A stretch of DNA of 26,361 nt from Candidatus Methylomirabilis sp. (GTDB taxonomy: Bacteria; Methylomirabilota; Methylomirabilia; Methylomirabilales; Methylomirabilaceae), in NCBI GenBank assembly GCA_041498975.1, contig JBGQJI010000021.1, positions 1 to 26,361 of the forward strand. Reading direction: 5' to 3'. Below are positions 16,872 to 26,114 of the stretch, piece by piece. The notes beneath the pieces were generated by a model. The model was given only the letters and a program-made list of their open reading frames with translations, was not told where the DNA came from and made no database searches. A program made the translations under genes and the position numbers. The stretch's first letter is position 1. Every line of letters starts with the position of its first letter.

Positions 16872-17774
16872 ATGTTGCTCCAACAGTTGGTTAATGGCCT
16901 CACGCTCGGCAGCGTCTACGCCCTGATCGCCCTGGGCTACACGATGGTCTACGGCATCATCGAACTGATTAACTTTGCCCACGGGGAGATCTACATGCTG
17001 GGCGCGTACATGGGGATCGTCACCTTTAGCGTTCTGACCACCTTTCATCTGACCGCCCCCAGCTCGGGCGCCACCCTCTTCCTCATGATGATCGCGGCGA
17101 TGCTCTTTTGTGGCGCCTGCGGTGTCACCGTCGAGCGGTTGGCCTACAGGCCTCTCCGCCACGCGCCGCGCCTCTCGCCCCTCATCAGCGCTCTGGGGGT
17201 CTCGATCTTCCTCCAGAATTTCGTGATGCTTGCCCAGGGCCCTCGAGACAGAGGATTCCCGCAACTGTTCATCCGTGGCGGGATAGACTTTCCGGGCGGC
17301 AGGATCAGTTCGATCCAGATCTTTATCATGGCTACCTCGGTGCTGATGATGGTGGGCCTTCAACTGCTGGTGCGCCGGACCAAGATCGGCAAGGCGATGC
17401 GCGCCACCGCTCAGGACAAGCAGATGGCCAGCTTGGTCGGCATCGATGTGGATAGAATCATCAGCGTGACCTTCCTGATCGGCTCGGCCCTCGCGGCGGT
17501 AGCGGGGGTCATGGTCGGGATGTATTATGGGCTCATCAACTTCTTTATCGGCTACATTGCCGGCATCAAGGCCTTCACCGCCGCCGTCCTTGGAGGGATC
17601 GGAAGTATCCCGGGCGCGATGCTGGGCGGGTTGCTCCTGGGCCTGATCGAGGCCCTCGGCGCGGGGTACATCTCCAGCGAATACAAGGACGTGTTCGCGT
17701 TCGCCATCCTGGTCCTGGTCCTGGTCTTCCGCCCGACGGGTCTCCTGGGCTCGGATATCTCGAGACGAGTGTAG
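16872..17774 (+). CDS. livH: BCAA ABC transporter permease LivH
   Basis: QQLVNGLTLGSVYALIALGYTMVYGII.LINFAHGE, G.AMRA, KAFTAAVLGGIGS, RPTGLLG. Confidence 0.96.
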   Translation: MLLQQLVNGLTLGSVYALIALGYTMVYGIIELINFAHGEIYMLGAYMGIVTFSVLTTFHLTAPSSGATLFLMMIAAMLFCGACGVTVERLAYRPLRHAPRLSPLISALGVSIFLQNFVMLAQGPRDRGFPQLFIRGGIDFPGGRISSIQIFIMATSVLMMVGLQLLVRRTKIGKAMRATAQDKQMASLVGIDVDRIISVTFLIGSALAAVAGVMVGMYYGLINFFIGYIAGIKAFTAAVLGGIGSIPGAMLGGLLLGLIEALGAGYISSEYKDVFAFAILVLVLVFRPTGLLGSDISRRV

Positions 17775-17780
17775 GCGGCA

Positions 17781-19025
17781 ATGCAGGGTCGATCTCCTTC
17801 CAACCGGTTGCTCAAGCGTCCTTTTTTGAGGATCGTCCTGGCCAGCCTGTGGTTCGGGCTTCTGTCGCTCCCCCTGATGATCGACCTGCAGGCCACGGAT
17901 TTCGGGCTACGTCGCCCGCTCATGGTGGCGGCCGTCGTGGCGCTTTCCGGCCTCCTCCGGTTGCTCGCCTCACAGTGGAGCGGAGCATCAAGGAGTTGGC
18001 TGGAACGTGTCTTGAAAGCGGGCGGACCTGCGATCCGTCGCCTCGATAAGCGTCTCGATCGCCGCCTTCTCTACACCTTGGCGCTGGTCTGTGCCGTCGT
18101 GATCCCCTTGGGTGTGAACCGATACTACATCGACGTCCTGACACAGGTCGGGATCTATATCACGCTGGCGCTTGGGCTCAATATCGTCGTCGGCCTGGCC
18201 GGCCTCCTCGATCTCGGCTACATCGCGTTTTACGCGGTTGGCGCCTATTCCTACGGCCTTCTTTCCACCCGGGTAGGGCTCTCATTCTGGGAGGTCCTGC
18301 CGGTCGGGGCATTGCTGGCAGCGATCTTCGGCGTTCTGCTTGGTATCCCGGTCCTGCGGCTCAGAGGGGACTATCTTGCCATCGTGACCCTGGGATTCGG
18401 GGAGATGATTCGAATCACCCTGAATAACTGGGATAGCTTGACACGAGGGCCTAACGGGATCATCGGGATCGCCCGCCCTAGAATCTGGGGCTTCACCTTT
18501 TCAAGTCCGATCCACTACTATTACCTGATCCTGGCCATCGTCCTGCTGACCATCTTCGTCGTCGATCGGCTGAATCGATCGCGGATCGGTCGCGCCTGGA
18601 CCGCGATGCGAGACGACGAGGTGGCCGCCGAGGCCATGGGGATCGATCTGATGAAGACAAAGCTCCTGGCATTCGCCCTCGGCGCGACTTGGGCGGGATT
18701 AGCCGGGGTCTTCTTCGCGAGCAAAATGACGTTCATCTCTCCCGAAAGCTTTACCTTCTTCGAGTCGGTCATCATCCTCTGCATGGTGGTGCTGGGTGGA
18801 ATGGGAAGCGTACCAGGCGTGATCCTTGGAGCTGCCCTGCTGGTGATCCTTCCCGAAGGGATGCGGCAGTTCGCGCTCTACCGTATGCTGATCTTTGGCG
18901 GCGCGATGGTCCTGATGATGGTGCTCCGACCGCAGGGGCTGATCGCCTCTCCCCGGCGCGCCATCGGTCTTCGTCCCAAGGGTCCCGGGGGGTCGGCGGT
19001 GGTCCGCGGGCTCCGGACACGCTAG
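17781..19025 (+). CDS. livM: BCAA ABC transporter permease LivM
   Basis: GLNIVVGLAGLLDLGYIAFYAVGAY, LRLRGDYLAIVTLGFGE, GRAW.AMRDDE.AA, VVLGGMGS. Confidence 0.96.
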   Translation: MQGRSPSNRLLKRPFLRIVLASLWFGLLSLPLMIDLQATDFGLRRPLMVAAVVALSGLLRLLASQWSGASRSWLERVLKAGGPAIRRLDKRLDRRLLYTLALVCAVVIPLGVNRYYIDVLTQVGIYITLALGLNIVVGLAGLLDLGYIAFYAVGAYSYGLLSTRVGLSFWEVLPVGALLAAIFGVLLGIPVLRLRGDYLAIVTLGFGEMIRITLNNWDSLTRGPNGIIGIARPRIWGFTFSSPIHYYYLILAIVLLTIFVVDRLNRSRIGRAWTAMRDDEVAAEAMGIDLMKTKLLAFALGATWAGLAGVFFASKMTFISPESFTFFESVIILCMVVLGGMGSVPGVILGAALLVILPEGMRQFALYRMLIFGGAMVLMMVLRPQGLIASPRRAIGLRPKGPGGSAVVRGLRTR

Positions 19026-19154
19026 TGTCGTTTCGACTGTGTCGCACAAACAATGACGCGATGCAGAGGTCGATTGAGTTCCCACACATCATCATGTCGT
19101 CAGGCCAAATAGTTGGAACGGCACTGGGCCCCTGGAGTCGTGAAGAAGGCGAGC

Positions 19155-19925
19155 GTGGCACTGCTTGACATCAGAGAGCTTTGCATGGACTTCGGCGGCC
19201 TCCGAGCCCTTGAGATGATCGATCTCACGGTCGAGGACGACGAGATCGTCGGCGTGATCGGCCCAAACGGGGCCGGCAAAACGACCATCTTCAACTGCAT
19301 CACGGGCATCTTTCTTCCAACCTCAGGGGATATCCTGTATCGCGGGCAGAGTCTGGTCGGCCTGAGGCCGAATCAGGTAACAACGAAGGGGGTGACCCGC
19401 ACTTTTCAGAACATCAGGCTGTTCCGCGAGATGACGGTGCTCGAGAACGTCATGGTCGGCGGCCACTGCCGCGCCCATGCTGGGGTTGTCGGCGCGATCT
19501 GCAGACCGCGGACTGTTGTGGATGAAGAAGAAGAGTTGGCCGCCAAGGCGTTCGAGTTCCTTCGGTTTGTGGGCCTGGAGGAGAAGGCCGACCTGTGGGC
19601 GAGGCAGCTTCCATATGGCGATCAACGCCGCCTGGAGATCGCGCGGGCCATGGCCAGCACCCCGAACCTGCTCCTCTTGGATGAGCCGGCGGCCGGAATG
19701 AACCCGCAGGAGACCAGTGCCCTTATGGAGTTGATCCATCAGGTTCATGACCGGGGCATCACCATTCTCCTCATCGAGCATCACATGAAGGTAGTGATGG
19801 GCATCTCCGACCGGCTGGTGGTCCTCGACCACGGAATGAAGATCGCGGAGGGGAAGCCGGAGACCGTCAGAAAAGACCCCAGAGTCATCGGCGCCTACCT
19901 GGGGAAGGAGTCGATCCGTGCTTAG
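19155..19925 (+). CDS. livG: BCAA ABC transporter ATPase LivG
   Basis: FGGLRAL, GPNGAGKTT, RTFQNIRLF, LPYGDQRRLEIARA, LLLLDEPAAG. Start set at GTG 19155. Confidence 0.95.
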   Translation: MALLDIRELCMDFGGLRALEMIDLTVEDDEIVGVIGPNGAGKTTIFNCITGIFLPTSGDILYRGQSLVGLRPNQVTTKGVTRTFQNIRLFREMTVLENVMVGGHCRAHAGVVGAICRPRTVVDEEEELAAKAFEFLRFVGLEEKADLWARQLPYGDQRRLEIARAMASTPNLLLLDEPAAGMNPQETSALMELIHQVHDRGITILLIEHHMKVVMGISDRLVVLDHGMKIAEGKPETVRKDPRVIGAYLGKESIRA

Positions 19926-20622
19926 GCTGGAAGAGGTTCACGCTCACTACGGCGCCATTCACGCACTGAGAGGGGTCAGCCTCGAGGTGAGGGAAGGGGA
20001 GATCGTCTCTCTGATCGGCGCCAACGGCGCCGGAAAATCCTCGACCCTGATGGCCATCTCCGGCATCCTGAGGCCGAGCGCCGGTCGGATCACGTTCGAG
20101 GGCGAGGACCTCGCCCACGTCCCGTCGCATGCCATCGTGGAGCGTGGAATCTCCCAAGTCCCGGAGGGGCGCAGAATCTTCTCGAAGCTGACCGTGCTGG
20201 AGAATCTGGAGATGGGCGCCTACACGCGGGGCGATCCAGCGCGCATCCGGGAGGACCTCGACCGGATATTCAGCCTCTTCCCCCTCCTCGGGGAGCGTCG
20301 CTCCCAACTGGGCGGCACATTGTCGGGCGGAGAGCAGCAGATGCTGGCCATCGGTCGTGCACTGATGGTCCATCCACGCCTGCTGCTCCTGGATGAGCCT
20401 TCGCTCGGACTGGCCCCCAAATTGGTTGAGACCATTTTCGAGGTCATCCGGCAGATCAACGCCCTGGGAACCACGATCTTTCTCGTCGAGCAAAACGCCC
20501 ATATGGCGCTCTCGCTCGCCAACAGGGGATATGTCATGGAGGTCGGCCGGGTTGTCCTGGAGGACAGTGCGGCAAGCCTCATGGCCAATCAGGATGTCCG
20601 GAAGGCGTATCTCGGAGATTGA
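19918..20622 (+). CDS. livF: BCAA ABC transporter ATPase LivF
   Basis: GANGAGKS, VPEGRRIF, LSGGEQQMLAIGRALM, LDEPSLGLAP, VEQNA. SD AAGGAG. Confidence 0.97.
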   Translation: MLRLEEVHAHYGAIHALRGVSLEVREGEIVSLIGANGAGKSSTLMAISGILRPSAGRITFEGEDLAHVPSHAIVERGISQVPEGRRIFSKLTVLENLEMGAYTRGDPARIREDLDRIFSLFPLLGERRSQLGGTLSGGEQQMLAIGRALMVHPRLLLLDEPSLGLAPKLVETIFEVIRQINALGTTIFLVEQNAHMALSLANRGYVMEVGRVVLEDSAASLMANQDVRKAYLGD

Positions 20623-20623
20623 C

Positions 20624-21820
20624 ACGGAGAAGGCGCGGCGCCGCCTGAGCTCGGGAATGGCCCTCCTGGGCTTTCTCTTCCTGGGCGTCTGGCAGGGGAT
20701 GGCCGAAGGGCGGCCAAAGACTCCGGCTCCGTCCGTCATCAACATCGGGGTCGCCGGTCCGATGTCGGGCGATATGGCGAACGTGGGCCGTTCTATGCGG
20801 GAGGCGGTCGAGCTTCAGATTGAGGAGTGGAACGAGAAGGGTGGAATCATGGGGCGGCGTATCCAACTACTGGTTGAGGACGATCACAACGATCCGACAG
20901 AAGCCGTGAACGCCGCGAAGCGGCTGGTGCGGGGGGGAGTCTGGGGGGTGATCGGCCACCTGACATCGGCCGGTTCGCTTCCGGCTTCGGGTATCTACCA
21001 CGCGGCCGGGGTCCCCCAGATTACGCCGTCGAGCACTGACCCGCGGCTCACGGAGCAGGGCTTCCGGAACCTCTTTCGGGTTTGCGGGCGGGACGATCAA
21101 CAAGGACGCGTGGCGGCGGAGTTCGTCCTCGACGCACTTCATCCTCGCCGAGTGGTCGTCCTGCATGATCAGACCCCGTACGGTCGGGCACTGGCAGAGA
21201 CCTTCCGGCGTCGAATGACGAGTCAGGAGCGGGGCCTCAAGGTGTCCACCCTGACCGTCTCACCAGGTGGAAAAGACCTGGCCCTGGTGGTCGAGGGCAT
21301 CAAGGCGAAGGAGCCGGACCTCGTGTACTTCGGGGGGATCTTTCGCGAGGCGGGGCTGCTCGTCAGGCAACTCAGAGAGCAGGGCGTGAAGGCCACGCTG
21401 GTGAGCGGAGATGGAGTGATCGGGACGGAGTTCGTCAGCCTCGCTGGCGAGGCCGCAGCCACAGGGACCTACTTGACCTTCGCCCCGAACCCGATGCTCC
21501 TGCCGTCAGCGGATGCCGCCATCAAACGCTTTCAAAATCGGTACGGCGCCATCGGACCGTACACACTCTACGCGTACGATGCAGCGGGCGCCCTCTTCAG
21601 CGCCATGACAAGCGCCAAGCCGAAGTCCCCCTCGAAATCTCAGCTCCTTCGAGTCGCTTCGACCTTGCATCGGATGACTTACATGGGCGCCCTCGGTCAG
21701 CTCCGGTGGGATCGAAAGGGTGATTTGGTGAGCCCGCCATATGTGGTGTACCAAGCCAGGAAGGGGGGCAGTTTTCAAGGATGGTTCGAACAGGTCACCG
21801 GCCGACCGGCCCAGCCCTGA
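20624..21820 (+). CDS. Third LivJ/LivK-family substrate-binding protein (start uncertain: ACG 20624 or ATG 20657)
   Basis: NIGVAGPMSG, EDDHNDP, GHLTS, RVCGRDDQQG, HDQTPYG, WDRKGD. The ORF-track start at 20393 lies within livF. Confidence 0.9.
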   Translation, partial: TEKARRRLSSGMALLGFLFLGVWQGMAEGRPKTPAPSVINIGVAGPMSGDMANVGRSMREAVELQIEEWNEKGGIMGRRIQLLVEDDHNDPTEAVNAAKRLVRGGVWGVIGHLTSAGSLPASGIYHAAGVPQITPSSTDPRLTEQGFRNLFRVCGRDDQQGRVAAEFVLDALHPRRVVVLHDQTPYGRALAETFRRRMTSQERGLKVSTLTVSPGGKDLALVVEGIKAKEPDLVYFGGIFREAGLLVRQLREQGVKATLVSGDGVIGTEFVSLAGEAAATGTYLTFAPNPMLLPSADAAIKRFQNRYGAIGPYTLYAYDAAGALFSAMTSAKPKSPSKSQLLRVASTLHRMTYMGALGQLRWDRKGDLVSPPYVVYQARKGGSFQGWFEQVTGRPAQP

Positions 21821-22488
21821 GACTCACGGTTGAGCCTCATACCCCATCGGCGCGAGCGATCGCAAAGGCCGCCTCGGTGCTCAGAAATGGCGGCTTGGTC
21901 GCCTTCCCGACCGACACCCTCTACGCGCTGGGAGCCGACATCTCGAACACAACCGCGATCCACCGCGTGTTTGCCGCCAAGGGTCGGAGTCGGACCAATC
22001 CCATCCCACTCCTGGTCGCCGATCTGGCCATGGCGACTCGGTTGGTTGGCGATTTTCCCCGTCCGGCTGCTCGGCTTGCCGAACGCTACTGGCCAGGCCC
22101 GCTGACCCTTTTGCTGCCGGCTCCTCGTGGAATACCCCGCTTGTTGACGGCCGGCACTGGCCGGATCGGCCTCAGGGCTCCTGATGCCAGGGTCGCCCTG
22201 GCTTTGATCCTGCGCCTTGGCGGCCCGGTGACTGGGACCAGCGCCAATCGATCGGGGGGGAAAGATCCAGTGGAGGCGGACGAGGTGCTCCGCCAACTGG
22301 GGGATCAGGTAGACCTGATCTTGGATGGCGGTCCTGTTCCTCTTGGCAGACCGTCAACTGTCGTGGACGTTACGACCAGCCCGCCTGTCATTGTGAGGGA
22401 AGGCCTGATCCCACAGGAAGAGATTCTCGCCCTGCTTGGGCTCCAGCCCGACCGGGGCAGGCCGATCGGCGGGACGGCGAAATCCTGA
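21781..22488 (+). CDS. tsaC: L-threonylcarbamoyladenylate synthase (TsaC/YrdC, short Sua5 form); start uncertain
   Basis: GGLVAFPTDTLYALG, KGR, WPGPLT, TSANRSG, PSTVVD. Confidence 0.93.
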   Translation: MVRTGHRPTGPALRLTVEPHTPSARAIAKAASVLRNGGLVAFPTDTLYALGADISNTTAIHRVFAAKGRSRTNPIPLLVADLAMATRLVGDFPRPAARLAERYWPGPLTLLLPAPRGIPRLLTAGTGRIGLRAPDARVALALILRLGGPVTGTSANRSGGKDPVEADEVLRQLGDQVDLILDGGPVPLGRPSTVVDVTTSPPVIVREGLIPQEEILALLGLQPDRGRPIGGTAKS

Positions 22489-22493
22489 AGGTT

Positions 22494-22522
22494 TTGGAAA
22501 AACAAGGGAAATATGGTATCGT
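22494..22522 (+). promoter_or_regulatory. Putative sigma70 promoter of rel
   Basis: TTGGAA (22494-22499), 17 nt, TATCGT (22517-22522), with extended -10 TG in an AT-rich intergenic gap. Confidence 0.55.
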
Positions 22523-22555
22523 GTGAGCAGGAATCAGCATACCTGATGTTCGGGA

Positions 22556-24709
22556 ATGGGCGTGAGACCGATGGGCATCGAATCGATCATTGAGCGTGTC
22601 CGGACGACAAATCCTGACGCGGACTTGACCCTCCTGCACCGTGCCTACGACTTTGCGGCCAGGGTGCACAAGGGGCAGGAGCGGATCTCGGGAGAGCCAT
22701 ACCTCTCGCATCCGATCGCGGTCGCCGAGATCGTCCTCGACCTCAAAATGGATGCCCAGAGCATCGCCGCCGGGCTCCTTCACGACGTGGTGGAGGATAC
22801 CTACGCGTCCCTGGAAGAGGTCAAGCAGGCCTTCGGGAACGAGATCGGGGATCTTGTGGATGGCCTCACCAAGATCAGTAAGCTCCCGTTCGGGAGCCGC
22901 GTGGAGCATCAGGCCGAGAGCCTCCGGAAGATGGTTCTGGCGATGTCGAAGGACATCCGGGTCATTCTGGTCAAGCTGGCCGATCGGCTCCACAATATGC
23001 GAACCCTCGACCCGCTTCGCGAGGAGAAGCGCCGGCTGATTGCCAGGGAAACCCTCGACATCTACGCGCCGATCGCTCACCGCCTCGGAATCTACTGGAT
23101 GAAAGCGGAACTGGAAGACCTCGCTCTCCGCCATCTCGAGCCGGAAGTCTACCACGACCTGGCGACCAGGGTGGCCAAGAAGCGGCGAGAGCGCGAGAAG
23201 GACATCAACGAGGTCATCGGGATCCTGCAGCAGAAATTGACAGAGGTCGACATCCGAGCCGAGATCATAGGCCGCCCTAAGCATTTCTACAGCATTTACA
23301 AGAAGATGCGGGACCAACGCAAGGAATTCGATGAGATTTATGACCTGACCGCGGTCCGGGTCATCACCGAATCGGTGAAGGACTGCTATGGGTCGCTGGG
23401 CGTGATCCACTCTCTCTGGAAGCCGATCCCTGGCCGGTTCAAAGATTTCGTGGCGATGCCAAAGTCCAATCTCTACCAGTCGCTGCACACGACCGTGATA
23501 GGTCCGGTAGGGGAGCCTGTGGAGATCCAGATTCGAACCCACGAAATGCACAAGACGGCTGAGGAAGGGATCGCAGCCCATTGGGTCTACAAGGAGGGCA
23601 GGGCGGCGCTGGATCCAGCCGACAAAGGGTTCGCGTGGATCCGGCAGCTCCTGGAGTGGCAGCGGGATTTGAAGGACAGCCGCGAGTTCCTGGAGACAGT
23701 CAAGGTGGACCTTTTCCCGGACGAGGTCTACGTGTTCACCCCAAGAGGCGATGTGAAGAGCTTCCCGAAGGGGGCCTCACCCATCGACTTTGCCTTCGCG
23801 GTCCACACCGATATCGGCCTTACCTGTGTGGGATCGAAGGTGAATGGCCGCCTGGTCCCTCTGCGGTACGAACTGCAGAACGGCGACATCATCGAGATCC
23901 TCACCGACGCGAAGCAACATCCGAGCCGTGACTGGTTGAAACTCGTCAAGACCCCGCGGGCGAGGGGACGGATCAAGCAGTGGATAAAAAACGAGGAGAA
24001 GGTCCGCAGCATCAGCCTTGGGAAAGACCTGCTGGAAAAGGAGCTCCGACGGCTGGGCAAGAGCCCCGCTCAGGTCCTGAAGCCAGAAGCGCTGGCGAAG
24101 ATCGTCACCCGTTATGGCTTTGGGGCTCCGGACGAGTTCTTCGCCACCGTCGGATTCGGCAAGCTTTCCCCTCGCCAGGCTCTCGCGAAGCTCTTACCGC
24201 CAGAGGAGCTGCCTCAGGAAGGCGAGACCAAGTTCGAGCGGAAGGTCCGGCCGCGGCCGGATGAAGGCGTGACCCTTCTGGGAGCCAACGATTTTCTCAT
24301 CCGGTTCGCCAGGTGTTGCAGCCCACTTCCCGGTGACGAGATCGTCGGATTCATCACGAAAGGGCGAGGGGTCTCGGTACATAGCGCGGATTGCCCGAAT
24401 GTGGACCAACTCCTCTACGACCCGGATCGGAAGGTCAACGTCTCATGGGACGCCGCGCCGAAAATCGCTCACCAAGTCAAGATCCGCGTGACGATCGGAA
24501 GGGATCGGCCTGGGATCCTGGCGGCGATCAGCTCGGCGATCTCCGCGAGCAAGATCAACATCGCCCAGGCCGATGTCCGCGTGACGGAGGACCGGAAGGG
24601 ACTGAACACCTTCACCCTGGAGGTGTCCGACCTCAAACAGCTTGAATCGGCTATGGGGGCGATTCGCCAGATCGACGGGGTGATGGGAGTAGAGCGGATT
24701 CGCGGGTAG
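22556..24709 (+). CDS. spoT: Bifunctional (p)ppGpp synthetase/hydrolase Rel/SpoT
   Basis: Intact HD hydrolase (LLHDVVED, KLADRLHNMRT), RFKD synthetase motif, YQSLHT, TGS, CC..PGD zinc finger and ACT domains. ATG 22571 is an alternative start. Confidence 0.96.
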   Translation: MGVRPMGIESIIERVRTTNPDADLTLLHRAYDFAARVHKGQERISGEPYLSHPIAVAEIVLDLKMDAQSIAAGLLHDVVEDTYASLEEVKQAFGNEIGDLVDGLTKISKLPFGSRVEHQAESLRKMVLAMSKDIRVILVKLADRLHNMRTLDPLREEKRRLIARETLDIYAPIAHRLGIYWMKAELEDLALRHLEPEVYHDLATRVAKKRREREKDINEVIGILQQKLTEVDIRAEIIGRPKHFYSIYKKMRDQRKEFDEIYDLTAVRVITESVKDCYGSLGVIHSLWKPIPGRFKDFVAMPKSNLYQSLHTTVIGPVGEPVEIQIRTHEMHKTAEEGIAAHWVYKEGRAALDPADKGFAWIRQLLEWQRDLKDSREFLETVKVDLFPDEVYVFTPRGDVKSFPKGASPIDFAFAVHTDIGLTCVGSKVNGRLVPLRYELQNGDIIEILTDAKQHPSRDWLKLVKTPRARGRIKQWIKNEEKVRSISLGKDLLEKELRRLGKSPAQVLKPEALAKIVTRYGFGAPDEFFATVGFGKLSPRQALAKLLPPEELPQEGETKFERKVRPRPDEGVTLLGANDFLIRFARCCSPLPGDEIVGFITKGRGVSVHSADCPNVDQLLYDPDRKVNVSWDAAPKIAHQVKIRVTIGRDRPGILAAISSAISASKINIAQADVRVTEDRKGLNTFTLEVSDLKQLESAMGAIRQIDGVMGVERIRG

Positions 24710-24728
24710 GGGGAGGGACTTTCCGCGG

Positions 24729-24932
24729 TCAGCCGGCCTTCTGGACGCGCCCGGAACGCAGGCAACGGGTGCAGAGGGCAATGTAGCGTGGGGCCCCTTT
24801 CACCAGCACGCGATGACGTGAGATATTGAGCTGTTGCCGGCGTTTGCTGACATTGTGGGCGTGGCTGACTTGACGGCTGACCCGCGGGCCCCTTCCGCAG
24901 ATTTCGCACTGCGCGGGATGTGTGGATGGCAT
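24729..24932 (-). CDS. rpmB: 50S ribosomal protein L28 (bL28), Cys-containing form
   Basis: CEICGRGP...VSHAHN..KRRQ..N...LCTRCLRSG. SD GGAGG 7 nt upstream of ATG on the - strand. Confidence 0.93.
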   Translation of the reverse strand: MPSTHPAQCEICGRGPRVSRQVSHAHNVSKRRQQLNISRHRVLVKGAPRYIALCTRCLRSGRVQKAG

Positions 24933-24986
24933 TCCAGTCCCTCCGATGGTTGGCCACTGTCGACAGATCTTTCAGGAACGGACAGC

Positions 24987-25015
24987 ATCATACGACATCA
25001 GCGCGTCAAAATCAA
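24987..25015 (-). promoter_or_regulatory. Putative sigma70 promoter of rpmB
   Basis: On the - strand: TTGATT (25015-25010), 17 nt, TATGAT (24992-24987). Confidence 0.6.
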
Positions 25016-25047
25016 GCACAGAAGGGTGTGCCCACCACGCACAGCCA

Positions 25048-25605
25048 ATGAGGGTGATCGGTGGCATCGCCAGAGGGCGACGGATCCAGGCTCCACACGG
25101 CAGGCGGACGAGGCCGACCTCGGACTATCTGCGGGAGGTCCTGTTCGATCTCCTGACGCAGCAGGTCCGCGGGAGCACGTTTCTCGACCTGTACGCGGGA
25201 ACCGGAGCCGTGGGGATCGAAGCCCTGAGCCGTGGCGCAGCCAGGGCGGTCTTCGTCGAGAACGACCGCCCGGCCCTGGCCATGCTCCGTCGGAACCTCG
25301 AAGCCTCCGGCTTCCTTGAGCGGGGTGAGGTGATTCCGATGGACGTCCTCCGGTTCTTGCGGCGGGCGGCTTCCGGATTACCCGCATTCGACCTGATCTT
25401 TCTGGATCCGCCCTATCAGCGAGTTGAGGCTACGCCCGCGCTGTCGCTGATCGCTTCGACAGAGCTGCTCGCGCCGAACGGCATCGCGATCCTGGAACGT
25501 TCCACGAGGTCTGACCCGCTCCCGACGCCTGAGGGGCTGGCGCGCGTTCGGGAGGTCCGACACGGCGACTCCATCCTTCAGCTTTTTCGACGGGAGGGGA
25601 TGTGA
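25048..25605 (+). CDS. rsmD: 16S rRNA m2G966 methyltransferase RsmD
   Basis: MRVIGG.ARGR, TRPT, LDLYAGTGAVGIEALSRGA, FLDPPY. Confidence 0.95.
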   Translation: MRVIGGIARGRRIQAPHGRRTRPTSDYLREVLFDLLTQQVRGSTFLDLYAGTGAVGIEALSRGAARAVFVENDRPALAMLRRNLEASGFLERGEVIPMDVLRFLRRAASGLPAFDLIFLDPPYQRVEATPALSLIASTELLAPNGIAILERSTRSDPLPTPEGLARVREVRHGDSILQLFRREGM

Positions 25606-26114
25606 CGACGATAGCGATCTACCCAGGGACATTCGATCCGCTCACGTTCGGGCATATCGACATCGCCAGACGGGCCCATCGGCTGTTCCCCCGCCTCGTC
25701 ATCGCGGTCACGACGAATCCGGAGAAATCCGCCCTTTTCAGCCTTGAGGAGCGCTGGCAGATCATCCGCGACGCCACCCGAGAGATGCGGGGCGTCACGA
25801 TCGACTCCTTCGATGGACTCCTCGTGGATTATGTCCGCCGGAAGGGGGCGCGCGTCGTCATCCGCGGCATCCGCGCCCTGTCCGACTTTGAATACGAATT
25901 CCAGATGGCGTTGATGAACCGGAAGCTCTGCGATGAAATCGAGACGGTGTTCTTGATGCCTCACGAAAAGTACTCGTACCTCAGCTCACGACTGGTCAGG
26001 GAGATCGCTCTCCTGGGCGGAGATGTCTCCGCGTTCGTGACGCCGATGGTCGAGAAGATGCTCAAAGAGCGCGCGGCCCTGCATGAGGCGGCAAATCGGG
26101 GAACCAGACAATGA
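25602..26114 (+). CDS. coaD: Phosphopantetheine adenylyltransferase
   Basis: YPGTFDPLT.GH, RGIR..SDFEYE.QMA..N, SS.LVREIA. Confidence 0.97.
   Translation: MTTIAIYPGTFDPLTFGHIDIARRAHRLFPRLVIAVTTNPEKSALFSLEERWQIIRDATREMRGVTIDSFDGLLVDYVRRKGARVVIRGIRALSDFEYEFQMALMNRKLCDEIETVFLMPHEKYSYLSSRLVREIALLGGDVSAFVTPMVEKMLKERAALHEAANRGTRQ

Larger units (their letters stand above)
14116..16935 (+). repeat. Diverged direct repeat: 14116-15364 vs 15687-16935 (livK + spacer + livH 5' end), constant offset 1571 bp
   Basis: Starts, stops, downstream hairpin and livH 5' end all align at +1571. Proteins are about 79% identical by manual count (78 differences/371). Confidence 0.93.

Noticed and set aside
14116..16935. 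livK and pilQ repeats as assembly artefacts
   Set aside because: Copies differ at many, largely synonymous, positions and keep their reading frames.
22388..23581. 397-aa minus-strand ORF
   Set aside because: Antisense shadow of rel/spoT.
24957..24966. Perfect palindrome ctgtcgacag in the rpmB leader
   Set aside because: 10-bp palindromes are expected by chance in 26 kb; no supporting context.
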